Of a stretch of 64,000 nucleotides of DNA, positions 1-12,800 are shown one piece after another (the first letter of the stretch is position 1; every line of letters starts with the position of its first letter). A program made the translations under genes and the position numbers. The notes beneath the pieces are model-generated. The model was given only the letters and a program-made list of their open reading frames with translations. It did no database searches and had not been told where the DNA came from. The DNA is from the human T2T-CHM13v2.0 reference genome, Homo sapiens: assembly GCF_009914755.1 (NCBI RefSeq), contig NC_060926.1. One strand, 5' to 3'.

Positions 1-309
1 TTTTCCCTAGTGATTATTAAAGATTACTTTGCACAGTATCAGCTTGCACAGTCATTTTTATGAATACTGCCTGCTGTGCAAAGTGAAGACTGTCTGCATT
101 CCCATGAAAAGAGAAAGAGACATTGATCAGATCTTGCCCTATACACAAATGAGATGTTAAGATTGGTCCACAGCAGATTGATTGGCAGTCTTGAGTAACG
201 TGGGAACCCATGCATACAGGACATATGCAAATTAGAGTCCTGGAATTTGATTTTACTCTGAAACAACAGAAATAACATTCTCTCTTAGACCAAATTCTTA
301 ATAGCTTGG

Positions 310-470
310 AATCATTGACACTTAGATTGGAAAAGGATATTATCTGGTTTAGTTTACAGGTAATGACGTTGAGGCCTGTACAGGTAAATGAAGTGGCTCA
401 TCTGAGAGCACATGCCTGGTTAGTGACAGAGGGATTAAAAAGAATTGAGATCTCTTGACTCCTGGTCTAC
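310..470 (-). mobile_element. MIR SINE fragment
   Basis: tttacaggtaatgacgttgaggcc...gttagtgacagag...tctcttgactcc resembles the reverse complement of the MIR core. Confidence 0.6.
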
Positions 471-2329
471 CCCTTCTTCGTGGAAAGAAACCAAAGCACA
501 TTCTTTATGAGACCACCATGGAAGATGTTGCAAGGCCTTCGAAGTAGGGGATGATACCTGTTCATCGCATGGCTCCTGTAGACGTAACTAACAGCAGTAT
601 TGAAAAAATGCAAGCTCCCAGTGAATCTCTGTTTCCTTTTAATGCTGCAGTTTGTTTTCTGGCAGCCTGTTAGCTTGCCTCAGAAGAACATTTGAAGTAG
701 GGCTAGATTTCCCTTGACATTGTTAAATCCAGATCCTTTCCAAAGTAATTTCTTGAAAGCTATTTAAGTTGTCCCACTAGATGAATACCTGCTGATGACT
801 GTTCTATTCACCAACTAATTCCTGAGCTTTTCATTGCTCGATTGCCTATTTAGTTTGTGTAATTTAACACTTTGTTGTCATATTTGTCTTAACTTTTTCA
901 TTTTTATTTTCTTCTTACCAGAGGCAAGCAGAGAGACAAGGGAGAATGATTTATGAACCTTTCTAGCTTGAAATTCTTGGCCCTTTTTGTTTCTCTTTGG
1001 AATTTGAATAATTTGAGATGTATAGAGGCATGAATAAGGGGTGGTTATACAGATTTAATTTTGACTTTTTTGAAATTCAGTACCAAATAACATGTTGATA
1101 TTCTCATGAATTCAATAATACACTTCAGCAAACACATTTCGTGTTACCCTATTTTGTTATTTATTGTGTGATGACTTTCTGAAATTGTTATTATAATAGC
1201 TATTTACTTGCAACTTTTGTTTTTTATTTACTAATAGCTAAGCTACAGTTAAAAGGACCTGAGATGAAGCTGGGAAATAAAAATAACAGTACAAATTAGC
1301 ATATTGTAAATATCAAATAGTCTTATATATACACATCTTTGCCCACTGTATTCCCTTGGTTTGACTGCTCTTATTTCTCTGTCTGATTTACCCTATTTTT
1401 CTACAAGATGCAATGGGGCCCTTTCCTCCTTTGAGAAGCCTTCTCTCACCTCCTAGACTGGCTAAATGACCCATCTCTCTGCTTTTAGAGAGCCTTGTTC
1501 CTCTCTTCTTACCACAGAACCCCTTGTGCTTTACGCCAGTAGGTGTTCTCCTGCACACCCAGTTTGGCCTTGGAGATGTCTTCCTGGGAAGAGTTACTTC
1601 AGTGCCTCAGGTATTTGGGTTCTTATCATTGCTAAAGGGTACATTACCAGCATTTTAGGAGGGAGTTTTTTTCCTCTTCAAATTCCCTGAAATAATGATG
1701 TGTCTTAGACCTGTTTTCTTCCATCTACTAGGTGTCAATCCTTCTAGGTCACGGATACATTTTTGATAGATGTCATAATGTCATTGTACCACCAACCCCC
1801 TTCTACCTGCCACACTTTAGCATCTGTACTTTGGACCATTTATTTGAAAACAATTCCTTGAAGAGTCTCCAGTGGGACATTTTTCCTTGTGTGTATGTGT
1901 GTGCATGTGCATACAAGTGTGGTTGGCTTGGTGCCATCTCATATATATGGCATTTACATTCTGCAACATTGCCCTTTAATGAAAACCCCAGTTCACGGGA
2001 AAACAGTTTTTCCTTGTCAGTCTGCTCATAGTTCTCTAACCAGGCCTTTTACATTATTTCTTCTGCACTTCTTCTCTTCCTGGCCTCCTTCTTTAGATAA
2101 TCTACATCCTTGTTCTGTTCTTAAAACAATAATATTCATCCTTCAAGGCCCAAATCAAGCCTCATGCCCTCCAGAATGCTTTCCTCCTAATAACATGCAT
2201 TCTGGACAGCATCTTCCTCAAAATTCCTGCAGCCTACTTCAGGGTGCCTACTATGAGAGAGCCAGTGTAAGAATTGGAAGCAGCGAGATTAGATCCACTA
2301 TCTATTGGATAGATATGTAAGTAACCAGA

Positions 2330-2824
2330 TGTTATAGACAGAATAATTCTCTCCCTCACCCCACCAAAGATGCCCATGTCCTAACCCCTAGAATTTAAGA
2401 ATATGTCATTATGTGGCAAGAGAGAATTGTTGAGGATGGATGTGGAGTCAGGATTGCTAATTAGCTGACCTAAAAATAAGCAGATTATGTTGGATTATCT
2501 GGGTGGACCCAGTGTAATCACAAGTGTCCTTGAAAGTGGAGGAAAACCGCAGAAGAGGAAGTCAGACTCAGAATGGGTTTTGAAGATGCCACACTGGTGG
2601 ATTTGAAGAAGGTTTGAAAGCAGCATTTAGAAACTGAAAATGCCAAGGAAACGGAGTTTCCCCCTAGAGCCACCAAAGAATGCAGCCGTACTGACACCTT
2701 AATTTTAGTTGTGTGAAAGTTATTTTGGACTTTATTCTATAGAACTGTAAGATAATAAATTTGTGTTGTGGTAAGCCACTAAATTTGTGGTAGTTCGTTA
2801 GAATAGCAATAGGAAACTAACATA
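2330..2824 (+). mobile_element. MaLR solo LTR (MLT1D/E-like)
   Basis: Starts TG; contains gattatgttggattatctgggtggacccagtgtaatcacaag and ends agaactgtaagataataaatttgtgttg...gcaataggaaactaac, typical of MLT1 LTRs. Confidence 0.85.
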
Positions 2825-3209
2825 TCCAGCTTAATGCCCGACACCATTTAACTCAATTATTTTCTAAAATAAGAAGAGATAATATATATTGTGTAACTTA
2901 TCATAAGACATTTTAATTTATGTTATATGTAAATGTTACTAAACATTCTCAGCCAATGAGAACTAGGGAGACAGAGTAAACTGCACAATTCTAGACCAAT
3001 GAACATTAGCAAACTACACTGTCTCTGCTCTCAGCCAATGAGAGTTCTACTTTGCTATTTTCAGTGAGTGTACTTCGCAGCGTGGTTCACTCCACCAAGA
3101 AATTTACGTTTGCCATTTAGTTTATGCAATATAGAACAATTTTGACTCGTAATGGCTGGCAAAAGTTTATAGCACTTCTCCTTGCTTCTATACTCATTCA
3201 TTTCTTAGT

Positions 3210-3480
3210 AATCACAGTGATCTTTCTATGCCGTAAATGAGATTATGTCATACCTCATCTTAATAGCATTCAATGGCTCCCATCTGCCTTCAGAATAAAG
3301 TCTAAATTCTTTAGCAGTGCCTCCTGTAAATAGCTACCTCCTTAGCCTCGTCTCTTATTATTCCCCAGTGTCAACTGTCTACTTGCAAGTTCCACTGACT
3401 GTTTAATACCATCATTCTCCCAGCAAATACCCACTTGGAATCTGCTTTGTAACTTTGCCTGGGATGCTATATTTGAATAA
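3210..3480 (+). mobile_element. L2 LINE fragment
   Basis: gtgatctttct...ttcaatggctcccatctgccttcagaataaagtctaaattctttagc matches the L2 3' region. Confidence 0.65.
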
Positions 3481-5734
3481 AATTCACTCATCAACTAAAT
3501 ACCCCCTACTCAATTCCTTTGCCTGTGATCTCCAATGCTATAGAAAACCTATGTCTTTCTTCTTGGCCTGGTAGAAACCACCTTGGCCAGGGCATGGCAT
3601 AGCCAGTATATAACTGATTCAATGAAAATAACATATTCAGAGCATTACCTCTAGGGGCAACCATGAAAGGGAGAACTGGCATCAGTGAAGCAGATGGTTT
3701 TTGCATTTGCACCTGGGTCAGTCTTAGCTTCTGCATTGATACTCCAGGTTATATTCTCAAGATCTGGATTTCTGAACACCTTCCCTTTCCTCAGTCTTCT
3801 TTCATAAGCCTGGCAGCTTCGATTAATACTTTTGGAAACTCAAAACAGAGTATCTGATTTTGCTTTAATTTCTGAAAAATGAGAATAATTTCCCTCATTC
3901 CTAAGAGTACCTGGTCATTTTAAATTTCTCTATGCTCTCCTCTGGCATAGAATTTTATCTGGAGTCTAGATTTAAATATGATTGCCTACCTAGGTGTGAT
4001 TTCCTTGAGACTTCCAAGTGGTATTCTAGCACTGCCCTTCCCTGAAGAGAAGGAACTAGGCAATATTCTACTTAACTTGGCTGATCTGAGCTACATAAGC
4101 CACCCACAGAAAGGGGTATAGAGAGGTTGCTGCAGTTTGAGCTCAGCAGGACACATTGGCTTGGTCTGCTACATTTTTTCTGATGGCTTGTATTGGCTTC
4201 CATTCTTCAAGATGGCATCTCCTTGGAATTTTTATAATCTTTCTTTGCCTACTCACTAGTCTAATGTCTCTAGACTTAGCAGCCCTTCAGTAGGTATGAG
4301 TCCCCCTGTATCATCTGGAAATTGTCATATGTGAAAGCAAGTGTTATGTTTAGGAAGATTTTCTTCCCCATTAGGCAGGTGCTGATGAATTGACAGGCTG
4401 GGGTTTCTCCATTAAGTGTGTGTTTCTTTAAGAGTAACTAGGGTCCTTTCCATTTCCCAGCTTCTCTAGGTATAAGTGGGGGAGTGCAATCTTCTCTCAG
4501 CCAAATGCAAAGGGAATCACTTGAGCGCCTCTGGTCAGACTTCCTTGAGGGTGGGTGGCTGGCGTGGGCAGGATGAGAGCTATCTACATGTAGGAGTAAA
4601 AATAGTTCCTCCTTGTGTCCTGAGGTATCTGTGGTAGTTGTGTAACTTTCTGCCTGTATGTGTTTCCCTTCTTGTATTGATAAGCTTATGAATTAATTCT
4701 TCGGTACAATTTTGATACAAGTAGTACAAGCATGCTGAACTCACCACCCAACCTAAACACTCTCTATACTGTTGAAGAGCATGACTTTGACGCTGAACAC
4801 CATTCTGCCTCATGGACAGATACTGATTGGATGTTTATTTCACTGGATAGATTCCACCAATCACAATCTGTTGCTGAACCCTAGCACAAGGGTCTAGAGT
4901 TTCTTACGTACTACCTGCTTTGTGGTTTACTTGCTCTAACTGGGGCAGAATGAAACCTGCAGTTGTTAGAAGCCAGCTTGGAATGGCAGGAGATACCAAC
5001 ATTGCTAAAAACAGCCATCACTTAAATGGTCAGCCAGATTAATGCAGTATATATAGCCACAGCTTATAAAGACTGTCTTTGGTTATGAATTATTTAAATC
5101 ATTTCCTAGAATATTGAGGTAGATTTTTGACTCAAGCCATTGCAATACAACTTTTATGAGCCTTCTTCCACATGCAAAAAAATGGTTGATGTTCTCAAAA
5201 GCCTATAGGCTGGTAAGGCAAAGACTACTTTCTTACTGAATGTAGCTAAGTTTCTTATCTATGGCCTACCATATGGAGAGCATTAGACAACTTTTGCATA
5301 AATCTCCTTTTTTCTTAATGGAAGTTGAATATTGGCCTTGGGGGATCCCTGACAAATCAGGCATCATCTGTTTATACCATTCTTCTGAATGGAACTCTTG
5401 GACTTGAGCTGTTTGGTTCCACAATGAGTTGCAGGTGCTGAGAGGGATTGATGACGCTCTACTTAATTGCTTGTCACACAGATAATCTGATGAGGGGGCA
5501 TCAGTGCCAGCAGCTGGCAGCTTTCTCACCCATGACCTGAGGCAGATTCTTGGGTTAAGAAGGTTGTGAGATAAAACAGTAAGAATTCCTCCCTTATAAA
5601 TGTTTCTAAGGACATTAGTTGGGGCGGGCGGTGTTTCTGGCTTAATTTTGAGAATACAATGAGAACAAAATATGTATTTCAAAGATCATAGGTTTTGGTA
5701 TAGGAGAGTCCTAGGTGAGCGTCCTAGTTTATTT

Positions 5735-5850
5735 GCATTCATTGTGTGCCCTCAGGCAAGCTATTAAACTTTTCTGAGTCTTGGTTTCCTCATTAATAAA
5801 ATGAGAATAAAAATATTTAATGTTACAGGATTGTTAGAACTCGTGTGAAC
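5735..5850 (+). mobile_element. MIR SINE fragment
   Basis: tgtgtgccctcaggcaagctattaaacttttctgagtcttggtttcctcatt...aaatgagaata is the MIR core. Confidence 0.7.
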
Positions 5851-5879
5851 CTAAGGGTAACACTAAGTGTGGTGGGGGC

Positions 5880-6061
5880 CAGTGCTTCTCAAAAGGTGAG
5901 GCTGGACCAGCAACATCAGCATTGCCAGGGAGTTTGCTAGAAAACACACATTTTTGACTCTCTCCCACTCCTCCTCAGACCTGCTGAAAGAGAAACCCTG
6001 AGGCCCAGCAGTCTGGTTTAACAAGCTCTCCAGGTAATTGAACTAAAGTTGGAAAATCCTG
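5880..6061 (+). mobile_element. MER5A hAT-Charlie non-autonomous DNA transposon
   Basis: cagtgcttctcaaa terminus, internal gaccagcaacatcagcatt and ggcccagcagtctggtttaacaagctctccaggt, degenerate right TIR. Confidence 0.8.
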
Positions 6062-7289
6062 ATGTAGGCTTTCAAAAAGTGATTGTTAAGGTGAACAGAA
6101 GGGAGCCAATATTCAAAATGCTAAGTGATCACAAGAAGTCAGAAGCCAAGGTCTAGCCCCAGAAAGGGTGAGAAGAGCTGATGAGCAGGAAAGACTGGGG
6201 AAAACCCATCCTGTAAGGAGCACAGTGGGATTCTGAGGACACAGTTGAGTGTTCCAGACAGGACAGCCTCTGGAGCTCCAACAGGGTTGCAGGCCAGCCT
6301 GTGAACCCTTGTTCCCTTTCTTGCTCCTCAGTGAAGCCTAAGTTTACCTTCCTTCATGTCTGACTGCTTGCAAATCTATCGAATCTTGTGGAAACTGTTT
6401 TTTTCCCCCAAATAAATAATATTTAGACTTAAAGTATTTAGAATCTAAACATAAACTTTTACAATGAATTAAGTGTATAAGATCCTATTGAAAATAATGG
6501 AAAATATTTTCTATTCACATAGGTTATCCGTGAAAAAGAGTAATTGCTATGTTATAATTACGAGCAGTATAAATAGACCTGCTTTTATGCTTTTAATGAG
6601 GGTTTTGAATATATTTGACCAAGGTATTAGGAATTATAATACAGCAACCTTTTCAATATCAGTAACAATATCTAAATCTTATATTGCTTTTTACAGATTC
6701 CAATGTTTTCATGTTTATTCACTCAATCTGATTTCTACACACAGCAGATCAAAAAAAGTTGTGAGTTCAGCTTTCTCCACTGTTTGGAGGATACAGCTTT
6801 AGAGAGGTGTGAAGCTGAGACCATTGGCATTTGGACATCAGTGGACACTGTGAGGTGCTGCATCATTTTAAGACTGGAGTCCACAGCACTTGTGAGGAGG
6901 AGGATGACAAACATCATCTGTCTAGGCTCAGTCTGGAAGAATTTCTTCAACACTCAGCTGGGGCGCCATCCACAATCTCCTGGAAACGCTCCAACCCTGT
7001 AATTATATTCTGCCTCTCAAAATCAGACTTCGTTTTCTAATTCAATAATGCTCCATTTTATCATGCTCATTTTAGATACTTTCGTCTCTCATTTCAAGAG
7101 TTTAAATAACAGACAACTATCACGACTTTGGGAGGAGGTAGGTGAGACAGAGCAGTGCTCCAGAATTAGGTCCCACCCCCGAGGCCTCTCTCAGCAATCA
7201 GGCTAAGACACCCCACAGGCTGTCTCTTTCTGCCTCCCCTTTCCCACAACACAATCACCAGCTTCTCCAATGCATCACCTGGCCTGAAT

Positions 7290-7324
7290 GCATCGCCTGG
7301 AGCATTGCCTGGAGCATTGCCTGG
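7290..7324. repeat. 12-bp minisatellite (gcattgcctgga) ~3 copies
   Basis: gcatcgcctgga gcattgcctgga gcattgcctgg read directly. Confidence 0.85.
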
Positions 7325-7552
7325 CCCGAAGGGCAGCACCACCCCATGGGACCATCCTGGATGATTAGGAAAGAAGAAACTATTTCTGCCAGACTTTCTT
7401 TGTAGTTTCGTTTCAGAAACCTCATTTAGTTCTTCAGCTGTTTTAAGCAATGTTTCTGAAAGAAAAAACTATCATTTAGGAGAATCGTTTGTTGATGCTC
7501 ATATGTTGCCTTTGAGTGTTACCCCTTCACAGTTGCTATGGGGAGATACAAG

Positions 7553-7587
7553 CAAAACAAAACAAAACAAAACAATACAAAACAAAA
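7553..7587. repeat. (CAAAA)n microsatellite
   Basis: Read directly, one interruption. Confidence 0.9.
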
Positions 7588-8676
7588 CCCAGTAGATTTA
7601 GTTCCTCTTATTACTCATTCCATTAATAACCCTTGAGTACTTATTATATACAAGGCAATGTAGAATATGAATCCATGAATCACATCTAGAATTTGTCTAT
7701 AAGAAACATGGGCTATAAAAATAGGCTGTGTTTACTAGGCTGATAACAAATCCTTTCTAAAACTTATCCTACATGAGGTAAAATCAATGCAGAGGTCAAG
7801 AATCTCAAGCGGTATACAGTCTAGGTGAGGCCATAAAGATGAATCTCAGGACAGACCTGCTTCAACTGAACTAGACATGTTACTATTAGAATAGTTCCAC
7901 TGGAGAACTGGTTGTTTAAAGACAGTTCAGACACAAATCTTTTGCTATACAAAGAAAAGAAGACCCCAGATTTAGAGTTACGTCTATTGTTAAGTGCAGA
8001 ACAGCTGCATGCTATGTAAGGGTTGTTCACTTTCAATCCCCAGGGCACCATTTACATAGACTGGGACATGGCCTGCAACGTGCAGTCTATGCAATTGCAT
8101 GCAATAGCTCTATATGAATGTTTCTGGAAAAAAATAGACTTTATCTGAAAGGATGACTTACACCTCCTAATTTAACTATTCACATTTTGGGATTTGCTTG
8201 GAGCCAAACCAGATTTCTGGCTTTTTGCTGCCAAACCAGATTTTAGGAAAATCCTGCAAATATGGGTTTGACCAAAGTTTTGTACTCTTAACCTCCTGCT
8301 AAAATGGTCTAGTCCCCACTTTTAGTAACAATCTCACCCCCGCCATCACTCTAAATATCCTAACTGGGAAAGCTACCTATGGACTTTTCTCTCTGGTCAA
8401 TGATTATGATCTTTTCCCTTTTTTCTTTGCAAAACCTTTCTGTTTTCTGTTCTCTGCTTGAAAACTGAAAATATAGTTTATATTCTGGGTTGAAGATGTT
8501 AATGTGCTTTATAATTACTTCAGATAATATACATGCCTTGGACAAATGACTGTTTAACTCCCTGTCCTCAGGTTGTGGTTTTTGGCAAGAGCAATTTTTT
8601 TTTCATAACCTTTGTCTTCTGACCCTCCATTAATCCACAGTTTACACCTTCCCTTCCTTACCCTTAGGTCTTTTCT

Positions 8677-9173
8677 TTCTTTTTTTTTTTTTTAATTATA
8701 CTTTAAGTTCTAGGGTACATGTGCATAATGTGCAGGTTTGTTACATATGTATACATGTGCCATGTTGTTGTGCTGCACCCATTAACTCGTCATTTACATT
8801 AGGTATATCTCCTATTGCTATCCCTCCCCCCTCCCCCCACCCCACAACAGGCCCCGGTGTGTGATGTTCCCCTTCCTGTGTCCATGTGTTCTCATCGTTC
8901 AATTCCCACCTATGAGTGAGAACATGCGGTGTTTGGTTTTTTGTCCTTGTGATAGTTTGCTGAGAATGATGGTTTCCAGCTTCATCCATGTCCCTACAAA
9001 GGACATGAACTCATCCTTTTTCATGGCTGCATAGTATTCCATGGTGTACAGGTGCCACATTTTCTTAATCCAGTCCATCATTGATGGACATTTGGATTGG
9101 TTCCGTCTTTGCTATTGTGAATAGTGACACAATGAACAGCGTGCATGTGTCTTTATAGCAGCATGATTTATAA
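8677..9173 (-). mobile_element. 5'-truncated L1PA (L1PA4/5-like) 3' end with poly(A) and TSD
   Basis: Poly-T then ttatactttaagttctagggtacatgtgc; encodes the ORF2 C-terminus (KHRMFSLIGGN); 18-bp TSD tacccttaggtcttttct (8659-8676) / tacccttacatcttttct (9174-9191). Confidence 0.95.
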
Positions 9174-9843
9174 TACCCTTACATCTTTTCTCACTCTAAC
9201 TTCCCCAGGACTTCCTCTCAGTACACATCTGTAAGTTTAAGTCATTCCTACTTCATAGCCCTTCATAATCCTTCATCCACAGGTTGGATGAAAGTATAGA
9301 TTGGTAAAAGGAGACAGGAGACTCCGTGATGGCCTTTGGAACTCCAGGTCCTGTGGAGTAGAGGGAGAGGAGTAGAGATGAAGCTGAGGTCTTCAAATGC
9401 AGATGGGGTGGAGGTAATACTTCAAGTGCTGTGATGCATTCTCATGAAAGTAAGATGTAGAAACTCTCTTGATGACTTCAACTTTGAAATGCAACTTTTC
9501 TATCAGATGTGTATATATACTCTTTATGCACGTAAATACTCATTTCCCAAAGGAGACGTTAATCTTTGTCTAAGCCCTAAAGATGGAGATACTTTTCTTA
9601 TTTATTTACTTATTTATTTTTTAATTTACTTCAAGTTCTGGATACATGTGCAGAACGTGCAGGTTTGTTATATAGGTATACATGTGCCATGGTGGTTTGC
9701 AGCACCTATTAATCCATCATCTAGGTTTTAAGCCCCACATGCATTAGGTATTTGTCCTAATACTCTCCCTCCCCATACCCCACGACCCCCGACAGACCCC
9801 AGTGTGTGATGTTCCCCACCCTGTGTCCATGTGTTCTCATTGT

Positions 9844-12800
9844 TCAACTCCCACTTATGAGTATTTTATTCTCTTTGTAGTAATTGTGAATGGGAGTTAA
9901 CTCATGATTTGGCTCTCTGTTTTTCTATCATTGGTGTATAGGAATGCTTGTGATTTTTGCACATTGATTTTGTATCCTGAGACTTTGCTGAAGTTGCTTT
10001 TCAGCTTAAGGAGATTTTGGGCTGCAGTTTTTGGTTTTGTGTCCTTGTGATAGTTTGCTTAGACTGATGGTTTCCAGCTTCATCCATGTCCCTGCAAAGG
10101 ACATGAACTCATCCTTTTTTTATGGCTGCATAGTATTCCATGGTGTATATGTGCCACATTTTCTCGATCCAGTCTATCATTGATGGATATATGGGCTGGT
10201 TCCAACTCTTTGCTATTGTGAATAGTGCTGCAATAAACATACGTGTGCATGTGTCTTTATTGTAGAATAATTTATAGTCCTTTGGGTATATGCCCAGTAA
10301 TGGGATTGCTGGGGCAAATGGTATTTCTAGTTCTAGATCCTTGAGGAATTGCCATACCATCTTAATAAATTTGTTATTTGTAGATTCTGGATATTAGCCC
10401 TTTGTCAGATGGGTAGATTGCAAAAAATTTCTCCCATTCTGTAGGTTGCCTGTGCACTCTGATGATAGTTCCTTTTACTCTACAGAAGATCTTTAGTTTA
10501 ATTAAATCCCATTTGTATATTTTGGCTTTTCTTGCCATTGCTTTTGGTGTTTTAGTCATGAGGTCTTTGCCCATGCCTATGTCCTGAATGGTATTGCCTA
10601 GGTTTTTTTCTAGGGTTTTTATGGTGTTAGGTCTTACATTTAAGTCTTGAATCCATCTTGAGTTAATTTTTGTATATGAGGTAAGGAAGGGATCCAGTTT
10701 CAGCTTTCTGCATATGGCTAGCCAGTTTTCCCAGCACCATTTATTAAATAGGGAATCCTCTCCCCATTGCTTGTTTTTGTCAGGTTTGTCAAAGATCAGA
10801 TGGTTGTAGGTGTGTGGTGTTATTTCTGAGGCCTCTGTTCTGTTTCATTGGTCTATACCTCTGTTTTGGTACCAGTACCATGCTGTTTTGGTTACTATAG
10901 CCTTGTAGTATAGTTTGAAGTCAGTTAGCATGATGCCTCCAGCTTTGTTCTTTTTGCTTAGGATTGTCTTGGTTATTCGGGCTCTTTCTTGGTTCCATAT
11001 GAACTTTAAAGTAGTTTTTTCCAATTCTGTGAAGAAAGTCTTTCGTAGCTTAATGGGGATAGCATTGAATCTCTAAATTACCTTGGGCAGTATGGCCATT
11101 TTCACGATATTAATTCTTCCTATTCATGAGCATGGAATGTTCTTCCATTTGTTTGTGTCCTCTTTTATTTCATTGAGCAGTGGTTTATAGTTCTCCTTGA
11201 AGAGATCCTTCACATCCCTTATAAGCTGGATTCCTAGGTATTTTATTCTCTTTGTAGTAATTGTGAAAGGGAGTTCACTCATGATTTGGCTCTCTGTTTG
11301 TCTATTATTGGTGTATAGGAATGCTTGTGATTTTTGCACATTGATTTTGTATCCTGAGACTTTGCTGAAGTTGCTTATCAGCTTAAGGAGATTTTGGGCT
11401 GAGATGATGGCGTTTTCCAAATAAACAATCATGTCATCTGCAAATAGGGACAATTTGACTTCCTCTTTTCCTAATTGAATACCCTTTATTTCCTTCTCCT
11501 GCCTGATTGCCCTGGCCAGAACTTCCAACACTATGTTGAATAGGAGTGGTGAGAGAGGGCATCCCTGTCTTGTGCCGGTTTTCAAAGAGAATGCTTCCAG
11601 TTTTTGCCTGTTCAGTATGATATTGGCTGAGGGTTTGTCATAAATAGCTCTTATTATTTGGAGATATGTTCCGTCAATACCTAGTTTATTGAGAGTTTTT
11701 AGCATGAAGCGCTGTTGAATTTTGTTGAAGGCCTTTTCAGCGTCTATTGAGATAATCAATTGGTTCTGTTTATATGCTGGATTACGTTTATTGATTTGTG
11801 TATGTTGAACCAGGCTTGCATCCCAGGGATGAAGCCCACTTGATCATGGTGGATAAGTTTTTTGATGTGCTGCTGGATTTGGTTTGCCAGTATTTTACTG
11901 TGGATTTTTGCATCGATGTTCATCGGGGATATTGGCCTAAAATTCTCTTTTTTTGTTGTGTTTCTACCAAGCTTTGTTATCAGGATGATGCTAGCCTCAT
12001 AAAATGAGTTAGGGAGGAATCCCTCTTCTTCTATTGATTGAAATAGTTTCAGAAGAAATGGTACCAGCTCCTGTTTGTACCTCTGGTGGAATTCAGCTGT
12101 GAATCCATCTGGTTCTGGACTTTTTTTAGTTGGTAGACTATTAATTGTTGCCTGAATTTCAGAACCTGTTATTGGTCTATTCAGAGATTCAACTTCTTCC
12201 TGGTTTAGTCTTGGGAGGGTGTATGTGTCCAGGAATTTATCCATTTCTTCTAGATTTTCTAGTTTATTTGTGTAGAGGTCTTTATAGTATTCTCTGATGG
12301 TAGTTTGTATTTCTGTGGGATCGGTGGTGATATCCCCTTTATCATTTTTTATTGTGTTTATTTGAATCTTCTCTCTTTTCTTCTTTGTTAGTCTTGCTAG
12401 CGGTCTGTCTATTTTGTTGATCTTTTCAAAAAACCAGCTCCTGGATTCATTGATTTTTTGAAGGGATTTTTGTGTCTCTATCTCCTTCAGTTCTGCTCTT
12501 AGTTATTTCTTGCCTTCTGCTAGCTTTCGAATTTGTTTGCTCTTCCTTTTCTAGTTCTTTTAATTGTGATGTTAGGGTGTCAATTTTAGATCTTTCCTGC
12601 TTTCTCTTGTGGGCATTCAGTCCTATAAATTTCCCTCTACACACTGCTTTGAATGTGTCCCAGAGATTCTGGCACATTGTGTCTCTGTTCTCATTGGTTT
12701 CAAAGAACATCTTTATTTCTGCCTTCTTTTCCTTATTTACCCAGTAGTCACTCAGGAGTAGGTTGTTCAGTTTCCATGTAGTTGTGTGGTTTTGAGTGAG

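Noticed and set aside
1889-2320. 143-aa ORF and similar 60-140 aa ORFs in unique DNA (e.g. 5266-5682, 22272-22703)
   Set aside because: No recognisable domains, many start at non-ATG codons, no supporting exon structure; expected by chance
4270-4900. Possible old LTR (also 38460-38900 and 40480-40720)
   Set aside because: Composition is suggestive, but I cannot match a family with confidence
6697-6760. AG...GTGAGT exon-like segment
   Set aside because: Weak donor context and no coding or other support
8055-8100. 9-bp inverted repeat plus 12-bp palindrome atgcaattgcat
   Set aside because: Too short to distinguish from chance in 64 kb; no miRNA-length hairpin
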